A stretch of DNA of 64,000 nt, from NCBI GenBank assembly GCA_964252035.1, contig OZ176203.1, one strand, 5' to 3'. Position 1 is the first letter of the stretch. Each line of letters opens with the position of its first letter. This document shows positions 61,061-64,000 of the stretch, one piece after another. This stretch comes from Podarcis erhardii. Lineage: Eukaryota. The position numbers and the translations under genes are program-made. Below the pieces are notes generated by a model, which searched no databases, was not told the origin of the DNA, and was given only the letters and a program-made list of their open reading frames with translations.

Positions 61061-62480
61061 TGCGCCGATGAAATTTGCACACTTGAAGGTGCAATTTGCA
61101 TTGGTACCAGTGAGAGGTTTTCTTCCAAGGCAGCAACCTGATTCAGACATTTGTCAGCATGTTAGAAATGGAGAAAAGGGTTAAATCTCTCTCCTTGCCT
61201 GCTGGGATCCCAAATAGTTATGAGTACCCTCCCTTTAGTTAAAAGAAAAAAGGATGTTACATGCTAAGCATGTGACATCATATCTAACTTGACCTTAAAT
61301 CTTTTGTCAATGACCTTTCATTTCCACTAGCCATTAAACAAGTCTGTTTCTTTCTGAAACATGCAGTTCCCACTGACACAGCTGCTCCATATAACACTGC
61401 AAAACAGCAGCTTTGAGAAACCACCTGGGTTTTACCTAATAACCTTCCATCATTAAGTCCCACGTCTTCCGAGTGACCCCAATGTGTTAATTTCTGGATA
61501 ATTCAGTTAGTTTTATAGCCTTGTGGGCCTTTGGCCTTTGTACCTCTTGGCATCTTGACCTTATTGCATTTGTTTCCCACACAAGACTTGTTTCAAAACC
61601 CATTTTAAGCCTTCTCTGGTTTGATTTAGTGGTGTGCTTGCTGCTCTTTTTTCAAGATGTTTGAGAAGTAACCCAGCACTTTGAGCTATTATTAGGAGTG
61701 GACCAAAGCCCTTGGAACATCCATATAGCTTTTTGTCTTTTTTAACCCTGAGATCAATAGATAGTGCTGTCCCCAAGAGAACAACAGCTAAATGGCCGCT
61801 GGACTACCACTCTCATTGATATTCCTATGTTTGTCTCCAGCTTTTAGGACTCCTTAAGGCACAAGCAAAGTTTTACTTGAGAGTCAGCTAACCTTAGGGG
61901 AGCTCCCTTACAGAACCCCTGATCTGATCAGAACTACTGCTTTGCTGGCAATGTGTTGTCTATGATTTTCAGCATGGGTTCGTTGGGTCCAAAAAGTGGC
62001 CATGTAAAAATTCCACCAACAATTCAAATTGCAGCAGGATGTGCTACCACAAATATCCTGAAACGGGGTTTTAATGACATTGCATAATAGGAACCTGATG
62101 TTACAGACAATATATGCATCCATTGTAAGTAAGGAGATTACTACATTCAGAGTGGATGCTCACTAAATAGCTGATAGACGTCTAAACTTGCAAACAAATC
62201 AGGATGAATGTTCAATAAACAGGTAATCTGGAAGCTCTCTTTGTTGCCATGGTTAAACAGTTGGGAGTTAAAAATCCTTGCTGACCTTCTTTAAATCACC
62301 CAAATATCTACAAGTGGATAACAATCTACCTTTTGCCCACCCAAATTAACAGTTTCTAAAGATAGTCTGTCCATATTACAATATTTACTATACCAGATTT
62401 CCCTTCCATTCTTATAGAGTTTTTAGTGGTTTTCTATTTCCACCACAGATAATAATTAGTAGTACATTTCTTACATATAT

Positions 62481-62508
62481 TCTCTCTCTCTCTCTCTCTT
62501 TCTCTCTC
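62481..62508. repeat. Interrupted (TC)n microsatellite
   Basis: Direct reading: (TC)9 TT (TC)4. Confidence 0.9.
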
Positions 62509-63057
62509 CTTTTAGACTCAAATGATTCACTGTATGATTTTGGTATCTACTACTTGCTCCTCCGATTGCTGAAAAGTGCAGCAGTTCAGATTCAACCTTG
62601 TGGGCAGAGTGAACACATAAATCCCATAGCAATTTTTCTTTCACTGCATGTTGCCCAATTGGACATTTCTTCGAGCCATACCTAAATGCTTGTGCTTTTC
62701 AGCTTCCAAAGGCCCTTTGATGCAAATGTTATCTTAAAATTCACTCCAACAGACAATCTCCTTTTAAAACTACATTGATAGACTTGGCATGCACACAAGA
62801 CCACCAGTAGAACAAGGAGTGGGAAAATCAGCTCTTATTAATTTCAGTGGTGGCTACAACAGGAGGCTGTCTATAAGATACCTGTGTGGAAATATACTGA
62901 CCCATAAATGTTGCATTGTAAACTATACACATTGGCAGAACTAAGTGAGTATCATAGAAAAGCAGATGCCTACTTTGTAATTTCAAGTCACATCCAATCG
63001 CAGCAGTCTACAATAGGAGTGGCCTGACCAGGCAGAAATGGTGATGGCCAATGACAA

Positions 63058-63235
63058 TGTGATTTAGTGGTTAGAGTGTCAGCTTAGGACCAGAAAGACC
63101 CGGGTTCAGATCCTTAGTTAGATATGAAGCGCATTTGGGCTGGTCACCATCTTCCAACATAACCTACTTGAAAGACCTCGGTATGCTGCCTCGAACACCT
63201 TGCATGAAATTGAATATAAATAGATTATGATGATG
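63058..63235 (+). mobile_element. Degraded tRNA-derived SINE (Squam3-like)
   Basis: TAGTGGTTAGAGTGTCAG (A box), GGGTTCAGATCC (B box), TTGGGCTGGTCAC, and a TATAAATAGATTATGATGATG tail. Confidence 0.55.
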
Positions 63236-64000
63236 ACAATACCAACAATGACTAGGCTAGCTGATACCTATGCTGACTACAAAGGCTGACTGTCTACTAA
63301 TGTATATACATCCCTCTTAATTTCCACCACTCATTCTTTCTAATTTAGAAATCTTATTTCCCTTCGTTTACCCTATTCCAGTGTGCCTAACTTAGGGAGA
63401 AGATTCCTCATTTGGGGAGAGAGTGTGCTTAACAAAAACTCTTAACATGCTTACTTTGGCTCCAGTCATATCCACAGTCACTATGTACCATTCCAGGCAA
63501 GAGGATTTAATAAGGAACACTCCTAATCATCAGGTATAGGCATTAAACTTTTGGACTTCATGTTGTATGTTTTCTTTAGGGAGGATTGGCACATAATAAC
63601 ATCCACAGAAGCCATGTCAAAGAGTTAATGCTGTACGAAATTTGCTATAATTTCACAGCTTTATTCTCAAGGGAACCAAGATGATCCCAAGCACTTGTTC
63701 TCTTCAGAGGACACACAAGGAGACATTATCTTCATTTATATCAGTCAGTATGCCTTGTTCAAACCAAAGAGGGATCCCAATTCTCAGAGCGTGTAAATAG
63801 ACATTACTCTAGAACTGGGGCTACTACAGAAAATGGCAGGCCCATATCTGGTTCTCTTACTCACAGCAAATTCTTAAGACCACTTACCCATGTGATTTCT
63901 TTGGCCTCCTCCTCATGTGGCAGCCAATTACTTGCAGTGGAGGATAACCCCATGTGGTGACATCACTGCTGTATACAGCAGGTTAGTCCTAATTTTGAAC

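Overview
This is non-coding vertebrate genomic DNA, most likely from a lacertid lizard. The basis is my recall of the repeat families (a Podarcis-type Sauria SINE, Squam2/Squam3-like tRNA SINEs, lizard CR1/L2/Penelope elements), not a database search. I could not recognise any host protein-coding exon, tRNA, rRNA, miRNA or CRISPR array, so the window reads as intergenic or deep intronic. It is populated by TA-flanked Tc1/mariner-superfamily MITEs (Tigger- and Tc2-like), non-autonomous hAT elements with 8-bp TSDs, SINEs, CR1 and L2 fragments, microsatellites and one 216-N gap (34545-34760). The only protein-like ORFs are transposon-derived: the CR1 ORF2 C-terminus (49370-50275, minus) and a 34-aa Penelope GIY-YIG C-terminal remnant (50793-50897, minus). 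The most notable object is a very young 682-bp Penelope-like insertion (50480-51161) bounded by a perfect 12-bp TSD. It has two 249-bp pseudo-LTR arms in inverted orientation that differ by 1 nt. Each arm carries a CCAAT/CACCC/GC-box/TATA/Inr motif set pointing outward, followed directly by a minimal type I hammerhead ribozyme. The insertion also has a 15-16 nt micro-inverted junction fragment and a 35-nt 3' tail. Hammerheads in Penelope pLTRs are established. My inferences here are the promoter-to-ribozyme register (ribozyme at nt 4-41 of the predicted transcript) and an architecture that would block the ribozyme in any read-through RNA. Both are testable.
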